Shown here: piece by piece, positions 26,937 through 35,232 of the stretch
How the letters are laid out: every line of letters begins with the position of its first letter
How positions within the stretch are numbered: position 1 is the stretch's first letter
Assembly (NCBI GenBank): GCA_034421995.1
Contig: DAOUJY010000077.1
Location: 840 to 64,839, forward strand
Reading direction: 5' to 3'
DNA length: 64,000 bases
Source: Dehalococcoidia bacterium
Lineage (GTDB): Bacteria; Chloroflexota; Dehalococcoidia; Lucifugimonadales; UBA3495
Program-made: the position numbers and the translations under genes
The notes under the pieces: generated by a model
Seen by the model: only the letters and a program-made list of their open reading frames with translations
Told to the model about the DNA's origin: nothing
Database searches by the model: none

Positions 26937-27812
26937 TCAGCCGTTCTCGTCCAGCCGTTGATTCACATAATCGTGTAGGGCCTGTAGCACCGCCGCGTTC
27001 TCTTCCAGCGTGAACTCGTCCACCAGGTAGTCGTGCTCGCCGCTGACGCCGCTGACTGCGCCGGAATCCACCAGGAAGCGGATGCACTCGGCGTCGGTAT
27101 CGACGTCGGGCAGCAGGTTGCGCCCCACTTCCAGGGACAGGGCCGCCACCAGGCCGTAGCCGCCCCAGTTCGACGTGCTGGAGATTATCAGCCGGTCGCA
27201 GCCGACCACCGCCGGTTGGTCGGGCAACTGATCGGCAGTGGCGATAACCTCCTGCAGGTTGCCCATGCCGATCTCATTGCCGCCGTCGCCGATGCCGATG
27301 GACGGCAGGCCGCACTCGAACAGCCGGTCCACGCGAGCGGTTTGAGGCGATATGTCCCGCCCGCGCATATTGCGGTAGATGCCGCCGGCGTCCCGAGAAC
27401 ACCGCTCAATGGAGATGAGCAACGCCGGGTCACGCTCGGTGATGGTTTCCTGCACGAAGTGTTCGTTGATGTTGGGATCCTCGATGATGGGGAACCGGAT
27501 CACAGGCGACGGATCCCGGTGCTTCGCCCGCCAGGACGCCATCATGTAGGCCATAGGCTCATCCGCCGCGTACATCACCGGGTTGCCCAGTTCCCGCAGG
27601 GCGTTGCCGATGGCGAAGGCTCCCGGCGGGCCGTCAGTTTCCGGCGCGTCGCTCATCATGATGTAGAACCCGGTGGCGATGATCACCGGGCCCGAGTGGA
27701 CCAGTGCGTAGCGGGCGGCCTGGGTGCAGAAATCGGCCGGCACGTGGGGCCGCAGCGCGTTGATGCCGCGACGGTCGTGGTCCAGGATGATGTCTTCTAT
27801 TGTTTGCGTCAT
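26937..27812 (-). CDS. DUF4392 (D-glutamate cyclase-like) domain protein
   Basis: The segments VIIATGFYIMMSDAPETDGPPGAFAIGNAL and IGIGDGGNEIGMGN are characteristic of DUF4392. Confidence 0.65.
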   Translation of the reverse strand: MTQTIEDIILDHDRRGINALRPHVPADFCTQAARYALVHSGPVIIATGFYIMMSDAPETDGPPGAFAIGNALRELGNPVMYAADEPMAYMMASWRAKHRDPSPVIRFPIIEDPNINEHFVQETITERDPALLISIERCSRDAGGIYRNMRGRDISPQTARVDRLFECGLPSIGIGDGGNEIGMGNLQEVIATADQLPDQPAVVGCDRLIISSTSNWGGYGLVAALSLEVGRNLLPDVDTDAECIRFLVDSGAVSGVSGEHDYLVDEFTLEENAAVLQALHDYVNQRLDENG

Positions 27813-27827
27813 CGGTGCCTCGCGGTT

Positions 27828-27855
27828 CTGGATTCCGGCGAAAGCCGGAATGACG
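27828..27855. repeat. REP-like hairpin, family A (ctggattccggcgaaagccggaatgacg)
   Basis: An inverted repeat ggattccggc / gccggaatg sits in the 73-nt gap between two co-directional genes. Related copies are at 29579, 29649, 30760, 30856, 32335, 32405 and 59704. Confidence 0.85.
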
Positions 27856-27885
27856 ATGGTTCGACAGGCTCACCATGAGCGGAGA

Positions 27886-28683
27886 TTAGATAACTGCGTA
27901 GTCGGAGTCGCGCCGGTCGGTGATGAACATTTTGCCGGGGGCGTGGGTGATCATCAGCGGCGGCTTGCAGTTGAGGGCGACGGCCTGGGGAGTAACGCCG
28001 CAGGCCCAGAACACCGGCGTTTCGCCGGGCCGGATTTCCACGGCGTCGCCGAACTCGGGTGCGGCGATGTCGCGGATGCCGATGGCCGCCGGATCGCCGA
28101 TATGCACCGGAGCGCCGTGGGTGTCGGGGAACCGGGACGTCACCTGCACGGCGCGGACGATCTGCTCCTGCGGGATGGGCCGCATACTCACCACCATGGG
28201 GCCGGAGAACATGCCCGCCGGACTGGTGGGTATGTTGGTGATGTACATGGGCACGTTGCTGCCGGCCTCCTGGTGGCGCAGGGGGATCCCAACATCCGAC
28301 ATGGCCGCCTCAAATGAGAAACTGCATCCCAGCAGGAAGGACACCAGATCATCCCGCCACCGGTCGGCGACGGACTGCACCTCATCGACCATTTCGCCGT
28401 TTTGATAGATGCGATAGGCCGGAACGTCGGTGCGGATGTCCGCGCCGGGAGCGGTGATGGACGGTTCCACCGAGCCGGCCTCGATGACTTCCAACAGGGG
28501 GCACGGCCGCGGGTTGCGCTGGCAGAACAACAGGAAGTCAAAGGCAAGGTCGCGCGGCAGCACGGCGAGGTTGGCCTGCACGTGTCCGTTGGCCAGTCCG
28601 GCGGTGACTCCATCGTATTCACCGGCGCGGATGAGGCGTCTTATCTCGGTGGGCTGAGTGGGAAGAAGGGTGGCGGTGGTCAT
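27886..28683 (-). CDS. DUF1445 / UPF0317 putative hydro-lyase (D-glutamate cyclase family)
   Basis: The segment [54 protein letters not shown] is a near-canonical UPF0317 N-terminus. Confidence 0.8.
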   Translation of the reverse strand: MTTATLLPTQPTEIRRLIRAGEYDGVTAGLANGHVQANLAVLPRDLAFDFLLFCQRNPRPCPLLEVIEAGSVEPSITAPGADIRTDVPAYRIYQNGEMVDEVQSVADRWRDDLVSFLLGCSFSFEAAMSDVGIPLRHQEAGSNVPMYITNIPTSPAGMFSGPMVVSMRPIPQEQIVRAVQVTSRFPDTHGAPVHIGDPAAIGIRDIAAPEFGDAVEIRPGETPVFWACGVTPQAVALNCKPPLMITHAPGKMFITDRRDSDYAVI

Positions 28684-28826
28684 GGGATGCTCCGTCCTGG
28701 CGAGTTGTGTATTGCCTTATGCTAGAATTGCGATGTTGCCGGCAATGATAGACAGGGGATTGGCTATCGTCAATTTGAAGCGGCCGGCTCCCGTTTCTGA
28801 CGATTCTGGATGGCAAAGGTCCCAGG

Positions 28827-29501
28827 TTGTACAACGTATTTTTGCTCACGCGCCCCGGGGAAGGGATGCTGTCCCTGGTCAAGCAGATTGACCTTTCCGG
28901 CCTGTTCTGCCAGGCCGGCAGCGACGTTATGGAGTTGGAAGACGCGGCCCAGGCGACCAACCTGGACGTGGTGCTGCTGGATCTGGCAGCGGTGGGCATT
29001 GGCGCCCAATCGGTGATCGAGCAGGTGAGCCGGCTGCAGCTGCCCACGCTGCTGGTGATGGAGACTGCCGCCTTGGGCCAGTATAACCCGTCCCTCAATC
29101 CGGACGACTTTATCGTCGCCCCGCTGGATGCCACCGAGTTGCTCGCCCGGGTGGGACAGATCGTGTACCGCCGCAACGGACGGAACCGGGAGCAGCTCGT
29201 TCGGGTGGGCGAGTTATCCATAGACCTCCAGAGTTACGAAGTGACCATGGCGGGCCGGCGCATCTCCCTCACCTACAAGGAGTTCCAGCTGCTGACCCTG
29301 CTGGCCTCCAACCCGGGCCGGGTGTACACGCGGGAAGCGCTGCTGAACCAGGTCTGGGGTTACGACTATCTCGGCGGCACCCGCACGGTGGACGTGCACA
29401 TCCGCCGCCTTCGCTCCAAGGTGGAGGACCCCGACCACCTTTTCCTGGAAACAATCTGGAACGTAGGCTATCGGTTCCGGGACATCGCCGCGGAGAGCTG
29501 A
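28827..29501 (+). CDS. OmpR/PhoB-family winged-helix response regulator with an atypical receiver
   Basis: The C-terminus is OmpR-type (LTYKEFQLLTLLASNPGRVYTREALLNQVWGYDY..TRTVDVHIRRLRSK). The receiver keeps the Asp in VVLLDL. It lacks the N-terminal acidic pair (FLLTRPGEG) and the conserved Lys (FIVAPLD). TTG start. Confidence 0.75.
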   Translation: MYNVFLLTRPGEGMLSLVKQIDLSGLFCQAGSDVMELEDAAQATNLDVVLLDLAAVGIGAQSVIEQVSRLQLPTLLVMETAALGQYNPSLNPDDFIVAPLDATELLARVGQIVYRRNGRNREQLVRVGELSIDLQSYEVTMAGRRISLTYKEFQLLTLLASNPGRVYTREALLNQVWGYDYLGGTRTVDVHIRRLRSKVEDPDHLFLETIWNVGYRFRDIAAES

Positions 29502-29504
29502 ATT

Positions 29505-29545
29505 GTCAGAATCAGGATTTTCGAGATTACGGGATTGGCAGGATT
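29505..29545. repeat. Half copy of the family D GGATT-periodic repeat
   Basis: The sequence gtcagaatcaggattttcgagattacgggattggcaggatt compares with 8695-8735, gtcagaatcaggatttccaagattataggattggcaagatt. Confidence 0.8.
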
Positions 29546-29578
29546 ACAACTCTTGTCTAGCCCACGTTGACATTTCGC

Positions 29579-29676
29579 CGTCATTCCCGCGAAAGCGGGA
29601 ATCCAGAAATCGCCTGCTGTTGCAGAACGATTGGGGTTATGGAAACGCCTGGATTCCTGCTTTCGCAGGAATGATG
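29579..29676. repeat. Inverted pair of family A REP-like hairpins
   Basis: The two copies are cgtcattcccgcgaaagcgggaatccag (29579-29606) and ctggattcctgctttcgcaggaatgatg (29649-29676). The second is translated spuriously at the start of ORF 29631. Confidence 0.85.
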
Positions 29677-29690
29677 GGATAGCTTATGGA

Positions 29691-30752
29691 ATGACAATGC
29701 GATTTGGCCATTTCTTCTACCCCATGAAATTCGACGACTCCCGCGACGACCAGGAGATACAGGAATGCCTGGACGAAGCGGAGCTGGTCGAAGCCCTGGG
29801 CTTTGACGCCATCTGGATCGCCGAACACTACTTCACCGGCGAATGCGTGTATGGCGACCCGCTGGTGTTCGCCAGCGCGGTGGCGGTCAAGACCAGCCGG
29901 GTGCTACTGGGCTTCGGCATCATCGAGCTTCCCTTGCACAACCCCGTGCGGGTCGCCATGCAGACCGCCCTGCTGGACAACCTGAGCCGGGGCCGCCTGG
30001 TGGTGGGCACCGCCAAAGGCTCCAACTACAACGCCTTCGAGTACACTGGCTTCGGCACCGACCCGGCCCTGGGCGCCGCCCAGATGGAAGAGGCCGAAAA
30101 GCTCATGGTGACGGCCTGGACCACCGACAACGTGGACTTTCGCGGCGAGCATTACCAGGTGGCCTTTCCCTCAGTGCGCCCGCGACCGTACCAGAAACCT
30201 CATCCGCCATTGGCTCGGGCCTGCATCAACCGGGAGTCCATCATCGAAATGGCCCGCATCGGCCGGCCCATCCTGCTGCGCGGTCGTTCCACCAACAGCA
30301 CCGCCGCCGACATTGCCCTGTACCGCGACACCATGGCCGAAGCCGGCTTCAGCGAGGAGGCCATCCAACGCAACCTGGACCAAATCTGGGTGTGGCGCGA
30401 GATGCACCTGGCCGAAACCGATGGACAGGCTATGGACGAATTCCTGCCGGCCAACCTCAAGGCCTGGTCAATAATGCAGGACTACCGGCAGCAGTGGAAC
30501 CCTAAAGAGTTCCCCATGTCCCAACAGGCTCCGCCAGTCCAGCGGGACGGCTATGCCGAGCATCCCGACCCGGACGCCGCCCAAAACCTGGTGGGCAGCC
30601 CCCGCCGGGTGGCCGAACAGCTCGAACAGATGCGCAACGCCGGCATCCGCAACCTGATGCTCACCAACCGGGGCCTGGTATCGCGGGAGGCGGCCAACCG
30701 TTCCCTGAAACTTCTTGCCGAGCAGGTGATGCCCAAGTTCCGCGACCGCTAA
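29691..30752 (+). CDS. LLM-class (luciferase-like) flavin-dependent oxidoreductase
   Basis: I moved the start to ATG 29691 (or 29697) so as to exclude the REP element. Family segments are MRFGHFFYP..FDAIWIAEHYFTGE. Confidence 0.85.
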   Translation: MTMRFGHFFYPMKFDDSRDDQEIQECLDEAELVEALGFDAIWIAEHYFTGECVYGDPLVFASAVAVKTSRVLLGFGIIELPLHNPVRVAMQTALLDNLSRGRLVVGTAKGSNYNAFEYTGFGTDPALGAAQMEEAEKLMVTAWTTDNVDFRGEHYQVAFPSVRPRPYQKPHPPLARACINRESIIEMARIGRPILLRGRSTNSTAADIALYRDTMAEAGFSEEAIQRNLDQIWVWREMHLAETDGQAMDEFLPANLKAWSIMQDYRQQWNPKEFPMSQQAPPVQRDGYAEHPDPDAAQNLVGSPRRVAEQLEQMRNAGIRNLMLTNRGLVSREAANRSLKLLAEQVMPKFRDR

Positions 30753-30759
30753 ATCACAC

Positions 30760-30883
30760 CGTCGTTCCTGCGAAAGAACGTCACCCCGTACTTGATACGG
30801 GGCAGGAACCCAGGAAAGTCTCTGGGAAAGGAACGTTGGCCGGATCTTACACTCACTGGATTCCGGCTTTCGCCGGAATGACG
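30760..30883. repeat. Two family A REP-like elements between convergent genes
   Basis: The first is cgtcgttcctgcgaaagaacgtcaccccgtacttgatacggggcaggaacccag (30760-30813, with a nested hairpin). The second is ctggattccggctttcgccggaatgacg (30856-30883). Confidence 0.8.
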
Positions 30884-30900
30884 TCATTTGTTGAAACGCT

Positions 30901-31245
30901 CTAGTGTGGGTCCAGCCACCCGAACCTGCGAAAGCTGACCCGGCCGGCGTCGCTGAACTCCACGCCTTCCTCCTCCAGCAACTCCCGCTGCAGCAGCGCG
31001 CCCAGGCCGGCGCCGCGCGGGCTGATCTTGCCCTGGGCGTTGATCACCCGCTGCCAGGGCACGTCGGCGCCTTGATCCCCGGAACCCCTGCCCAGCGACG
31101 CCAGGCAGAACCCCACCATGCGGGGCGTGCAGTCGCCGACAATCTGCGCGATTTGCCCATAGGTGGCAACTCGACCGTAGGGTATCTGCCGCACCACCTC
31201 GATTACGCGGTCGTACACCGGAGGGACGAAGGGCGCATCGGACAC
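30901..31245 (-). CDS. Alkyltransferase-like (ATL) protein, an MGMT DNA-binding domain without the catalytic Cys
   Basis: The probable GTG start at 31245 lies 11 nt after GGAG. Matching segments are IPYGRVATYGQIAQIVG and VPWQRVINAQGKIS, where Trp replaces the PCHR cysteine. Confidence 0.7.
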   Translation of the reverse strand: MSDAPFVPPVYDRVIEVVRQIPYGRVATYGQIAQIVGDCTPRMVGFCLASLGRGSGDQGADVPWQRVINAQGKISPRGAGLGALLQRELLEEEGVEFSDAGRVSFRRFGWLDPH

Positions 31246-31253
31246 GGCAGGGG

Positions 31254-31826
31254 CTACTCCGCGGTTTTTGTCTCGACGACGTTGGCCCGACCGGCGCCGG
31301 CGGCCCAGGCCAGCGTCGCCAGCATCATCAGCGGGTTCATTATCTGCCAGACGACGCCCTGATTGGTGAAGTAGGCATTGACGAAATCGACGACTGCCAG
31401 CGCCACCGCTATCACGGCTCCGACCCGTCCGGCGGCGCAGCCGCAGCGCCACAGGGCCAGGGCCGCCACGCTGGCGAAAGCAATGAACAGCGGGTTGACC
31501 GTGAGCCACACCTCGCTGTCGTAATCGCCAAAGCCTCCGGTGTAGGCGTTGACGAAGACGGCCAGCGTCAAAACGCCCAACGCCAGGCTGCGCGTCCAAG
31601 CCACCCTCCGAGAAGCGAACCACAGGGACCACACTCCGGCAAAGGCGATGACCAGCGCTCCCAACTGCCAGAGCAGCCAGAAGGGGCGGGCCAGGTCGAT
31701 GTCCGGGTCGGCCGGGCTGACCGCCCGCAGGCCCACCGCCCAAGCGAACTGGGCGATGGCGACAAAGGCGGCGCCGGCGATGGCCTGAACGGCGTTAAGG
31801 TCGCAGCGGCAGAGCGGAGGCCGCAT
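31254..31826 (-). CDS. Polytopic membrane protein, hypothetical
   Basis: It has about six hydrophobic segments. Its ATG overlaps the upstream TAA by 1 nt (TAATG). Confidence 0.6.
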   Translation of the reverse strand: MRPPLCRCDLNAVQAIAGAAFVAIAQFAWAVGLRAVSPADPDIDLARPFWLLWQLGALVIAFAGVWSLWFASRRVAWTRSLALGVLTLAVFVNAYTGGFGDYDSEVWLTVNPLFIAFASVAALALWRCGCAAGRVGAVIAVALAVVDFVNAYFTNQGVVWQIMNPLMMLATLAWAAGAGRANVVETKTAE

Positions 31827-32164
31827 TACCAGTTAACCAATCCTGGTTTCTGCGCCTTCCAGCCGGCATCGGAGGGGAACACGGTCTCCATCTCCACCCG
31901 GCCCAGGTCGCCGTCAAACATATGCTCCACGGCGGAACGCCAGGCCACGTAGTGGGGCTGCTCCCGGTGAGTGGCATGGCCCTCCCGGTTGGCGTACACC
32001 TCGTAGAGATAGAACTGGTTGGGGTTGTCGGGGCTGCGCAGGATGTCGAAGCGGAAGCAGTTTTCCTCGTCGCGGACGCTGCCCTGGCCGTCGCCCAGGC
32101 TGGCGGCGGCGAACTCGTCGGCAAAGCCGTCCTTGATGTTGATGGTAACGAAAATGGCGTACAT
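31826..32164 (-). CDS. Antibiotic biosynthesis monooxygenase (ABM) domain protein
   Basis: The true start is ATG 32164, which follows AGGAGG. Matching segments are MYAIFVTINIKDG...FYLYEVYANREGHATHREQPHY. Confidence 0.65.
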   Translation of the reverse strand: MYAIFVTINIKDGFADEFAAASLGDGQGSVRDEENCFRFDILRSPDNPNQFYLYEVYANREGHATHREQPHYVAWRSAVEHMFDGDLGRVEMETVFPSDAGWKAQKPGLVNW

Positions 32165-32303
32165 ATGGGGCTGTCCTCCTTTGGGTTGGGGCGGCGGGAC
32201 GGATGCGAGTAAAGCCGCCCCCGGAAGGATTATAGCAGGGGGTGGGCTGCTAGTCGGGTTGCGGCAAGTCAACGGCAATCGGGTCAAGCGCCCGCTGAAT
32301 ATC

Positions 32304-32482
32304 GCGGTATAGTTCCGGGCCTTTCGATTATTCTCGTCATTCCGGACTTGATCCGGAATCCAGAGCTTTATGAATGTGGCGAGGTCGCTGGTCGCTAACC
32401 GTTGCTGGATTCCGGCTTTCGCCGGAATGACGGATACCGGTGGTCGCAGAGTGATAATCGAAAGGACCTGCGGTATAGCTCC
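32304..32482. mobile_element. MITE-like element with 15-bp terminal inverted repeats, flanked by 13-nt direct repeats and carrying two family A hairpins
   Basis: The TIRs are gggcctttcgattat (32317-32331) and ataatcgaaaggacc (32454-32468), matching 14/15 as reverse complements. The flanking direct repeats are gcggtatagttcc (32304-32316) and gcggtatagctcc (32470-32482). The internal hairpins are at 32335-32363 and 32405-32432. Confidence 0.5.
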
Positions 32483-32581
32483 GGCTCATCATAGTGAGCT
32501 GGCCGTTTGTTGTAGAATTGCCTGACAATCGGAACCGCCCGGCCACACGCATACCTGGGCGGTTCACCACTGGAGAAGGCA

Positions 32582-34252
32582 ATGTCGCAGTTGATGACCG
32601 GAAAGCAGGCCCTTTTGGAGATGCTCAAGGCCGAGGGGGTCGAGTACATTTTCGGCAACCCCGGCACCAGCGAGGGACCCATCATTGATATGCTGGGCGA
32701 CTATCCCGAGTTTCGCTACATCCTGACCCTGCAGGAGAGCGTCGCCATGGGGATGGGCGAAGCCTACGCCCGGGCCACCGGTCGGGCATCCTTCGTCAGC
32801 CTCCACGTGGACAGCGGCCTGGCCAACGGCATCGCCCTGATGCTGGACGCGCTCAATACCGGCACGCCCATGGTGATCACCTCCGCCAACTACGACGCCC
32901 GCAAGGTCAACGAGACCATGACCGACCTGGCCAACCTGGTGCGCCCGGTCACCAAGTGGTCGGTGGAACTCACCCTGGCCGACCAGATACCCAGCGTCAT
33001 GCGCCGCGCCTTCAACGAGGCCAACAGCCACCCCAGGGGGCCGGTGTACGTCGGCTTCTCCTCCAACGCCCTGGAGGGCATGGCCGAAATGAACATCGCG
33101 CCCTCCCGTCCGGTGTACGACACCTCCCGGCCCAGCGTCGAGGGCATCGCCGCGGCGGCGTCCCTGCTGCTCAACGCCAGCCGGCCCATGATGCTGGTGG
33201 GCGACCGTCTCGCCGAGGACGGCGCGCTGGACGAGGCGGTGGACGTGGCCGAATTGCTGGGCCTGCCCGTCTATCAGGCCCGGGGGGCGGAGGTTGCCTT
33301 CCCGACCACCCACGAGCAGTTCCTGGGCGCGCTGTCGCTGCGCGTCACCGAACAGCGGGAGGCGTTGCAGCGGGTTGACCTGGTGCTGGCCGTGGGCAGC
33401 GACCCCTTTGAGGAACTGTTCTACTGGGGCGACGTGATACTTCCGCCGGATGCCAAGCTGATCCACATCGACCCCAGCCCGGGGCAGATCGGACGCTCCG
33501 AACCCACCGACGTGGGCATCGTGAGCCACTGCCGGTCGGGGCTTGCCGACCTGGCGACGGCGCTGCGGGAGCGTCTTTCTCCCGGCGACTTTGTCGAGAT
33601 CGAGGAACGCAAGCAGGCGGTGGCTGCTGAAAAGCAAGATAACCGGGCGGCGTTCGAGGAGTCCGTCGCCGAGAAGTGGGACCACAAGCCGATGACGCCG
33701 GCCCGCATGATGGCCGAATTGGCCGCCGCCATCCCTGACAACGCGGTGGTGGTGGACGACTCCATCAGCAACCGGGGCGCCATGCGTCATTACTTCCAGG
33801 GGCAGCGTCCCGGCGACCTGCGCGGCTACCGGGGCCAGTCCATCGGCGGCGGCATGGGCACTACTATGGGAACACAGTGCGCCTACCCCGACCGGCCCGT
33901 TTTCGGCGTCATCGGCGACGGCAGCGCGATGATGACCATTCAGGGACTCTGGACGGCGGCCAACGACAACATCCCGTGCGTCTTCGTCATCTGCAACAAC
34001 GGGATGTACCGGGTGCTCAAGACCAATTTCAACGTGTACCAGAAGGACGTGCTGGGGCTGCCCGAAACGTCGGGCGGCCAGCTGCTCTATTCCGATTTCG
34101 GCACGCCCTTCGACATGGCCGCCATCGCCAACAGCATGGGCGTCCACGGCGAGCGCATCACCGACCCGTCGGAAATCAAGCCGGCCGTGGACCGCGCCGT
34201 GGCGTCAGGCAAGCCAGCCCTGCTGGACATGGTCATCGATGGCGCGCTGTAG
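32582..34252 (+). CDS. Thiamine pyrophosphate-dependent enzyme (acetolactate synthase / benzoylformate decarboxylase superfamily)
   Basis: The TPP-binding motif is GDGSAMMTIQGLWTAANDNIPCVFVICNNGMY. The N-terminus is LKAEGVEYIFGNPGTSE. Confidence 0.85.
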   Translation: MSQLMTGKQALLEMLKAEGVEYIFGNPGTSEGPIIDMLGDYPEFRYILTLQESVAMGMGEAYARATGRASFVSLHVDSGLANGIALMLDALNTGTPMVITSANYDARKVNETMTDLANLVRPVTKWSVELTLADQIPSVMRRAFNEANSHPRGPVYVGFSSNALEGMAEMNIAPSRPVYDTSRPSVEGIAAAASLLLNASRPMMLVGDRLAEDGALDEAVDVAELLGLPVYQARGAEVAFPTTHEQFLGALSLRVTEQREALQRVDLVLAVGSDPFEELFYWGDVILPPDAKLIHIDPSPGQIGRSEPTDVGIVSHCRSGLADLATALRERLSPGDFVEIEERKQAVAAEKQDNRAAFEESVAEKWDHKPMTPARMMAELAAAIPDNAVVVDDSISNRGAMRHYFQGQRPGDLRGYRGQSIGGGMGTTMGTQCAYPDRPVFGVIGDGSAMMTIQGLWTAANDNIPCVFVICNNGMYRVLKTNFNVYQKDVLGLPETSGGQLLYSDFGTPFDMAAIANSMGVHGERITDPSEIKPAVDRAVASGKPALLDMVIDGAL

Positions 34253-34273
34253 CCGGTTTATTTACATGAATGA

Positions 34274-34335
34274 ACAGGATGAATGGGATGAACGGATAAA
34301 AGAAAGAATATCCTGCATATCCTGTACATCCCTGT
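34274..34335. repeat. Imperfect palindrome of GGAT/ATCC-periodic units (family D-like)
   Basis: The arms are acaggatgaatgggatgaacggat and atcctgcatatcctgtacatccctgt. It lies between the TPP enzyme gene and the aldolase gene. Confidence 0.6.
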
Positions 34336-34357
34336 GAAAAATAGGGAGGCATTTCTA

Positions 34358-35125
34358 ATGCGCACCAACACCACCAAGGCCAAGCTCAACGAGGGCGGCG
34401 CCGTTTTCGGCGCGATCATCACCCGCTACGCTCCCGACATGGTGGAGATCTTCGGGGCGCTGGGCTACGACTTCGTGATGATCGACTGCGAACACGGGCC
34501 GGCCAACCTGGACCAGGTTGAGCACATGGTCCGCGCCGCCGAATCCTTCGGCATCACGCCCATCGCACGCATCCCGGATCATTCCGACCAGACCATCCTG
34601 CGGTTCCTGGACCGGGGGTTGCAGGGCATCATCGTGCCTCACGTCAACACCGGCGAGCAGGCGGCGGCCATCGCCCGCGCCGCCCGCTACTATCCCGACG
34701 GCTACCGGGGCATGGGCGGAGGGCGCGCCCAGGACTACGGCATCGGCGTTACCAGAGACGAGGCCACTTCCTGGGTCAACTCCCAGGTGCTGGTGATCCC
34801 CATGGTGGAGGACATCGAAGCCGTGGGCAACCTGGACGACATACTCCAGGTGTCCGGCGCCGACGTGCTCCACGTGGCCGCGTCCGACCTGGGCCAGAGC
34901 ATGGGCAACCCCGGCGTTGCCGAGGTGCGCCGCGTGATGAGCGAGGTAATCCCCCGCGTCCGGGCCGGCGGCAAGAACGTGGGCGTCGGCGGCAACAACC
35001 CGGCGGACACGGCCGGCGTGGCCGAATTCATCAAGCTGGGGGCGAACTTCGTGACCGTCTCGGGCTGGGGCCTGCTGCGCATCGGGGCGGAGGACTTTCT
35101 GAGGAACGTGAACGCAGCCTTGTGA
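34358..35125 (+). CDS. HpcH/HpaI aldolase family protein
   Basis: I set the start at ATG 34358, 8 nt after GGGAGG. Matching segments are FVMIDCEHGP and VIPMVEDIEAV. Confidence 0.8.
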   Translation: MRTNTTKAKLNEGGAVFGAIITRYAPDMVEIFGALGYDFVMIDCEHGPANLDQVEHMVRAAESFGITPIARIPDHSDQTILRFLDRGLQGIIVPHVNTGEQAAAIARAARYYPDGYRGMGGGRAQDYGIGVTRDEATSWVNSQVLVIPMVEDIEAVGNLDDILQVSGADVLHVAASDLGQSMGNPGVAEVRRVMSEVIPRVRAGGKNVGVGGNNPADTAGVAEFIKLGANFVTVSGWGLLRIGAEDFLRNVNAAL

Positions 35126-35158
35126 ACGGATATTTGACGCAAAGACGTAGAGGGTGAT

Positions 35159-35186
35159 GTAGGGGCGAATAATTATTCGCCCCTAC
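35159..35186. repeat. 28-bp perfect palindrome, family B (gtaggggcgaataattattcgcccctac)
   Basis: The copy at 51346-51373 is identical and the copy at 58253-58280 differs at 2 positions. This one lies between convergent genes. Confidence 0.9.
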
Positions 35187-35232
35187 AGTGGTTGAAGCCA
35201 AACCTGCTCCAACCTCCCGACTTGCCAACCGG

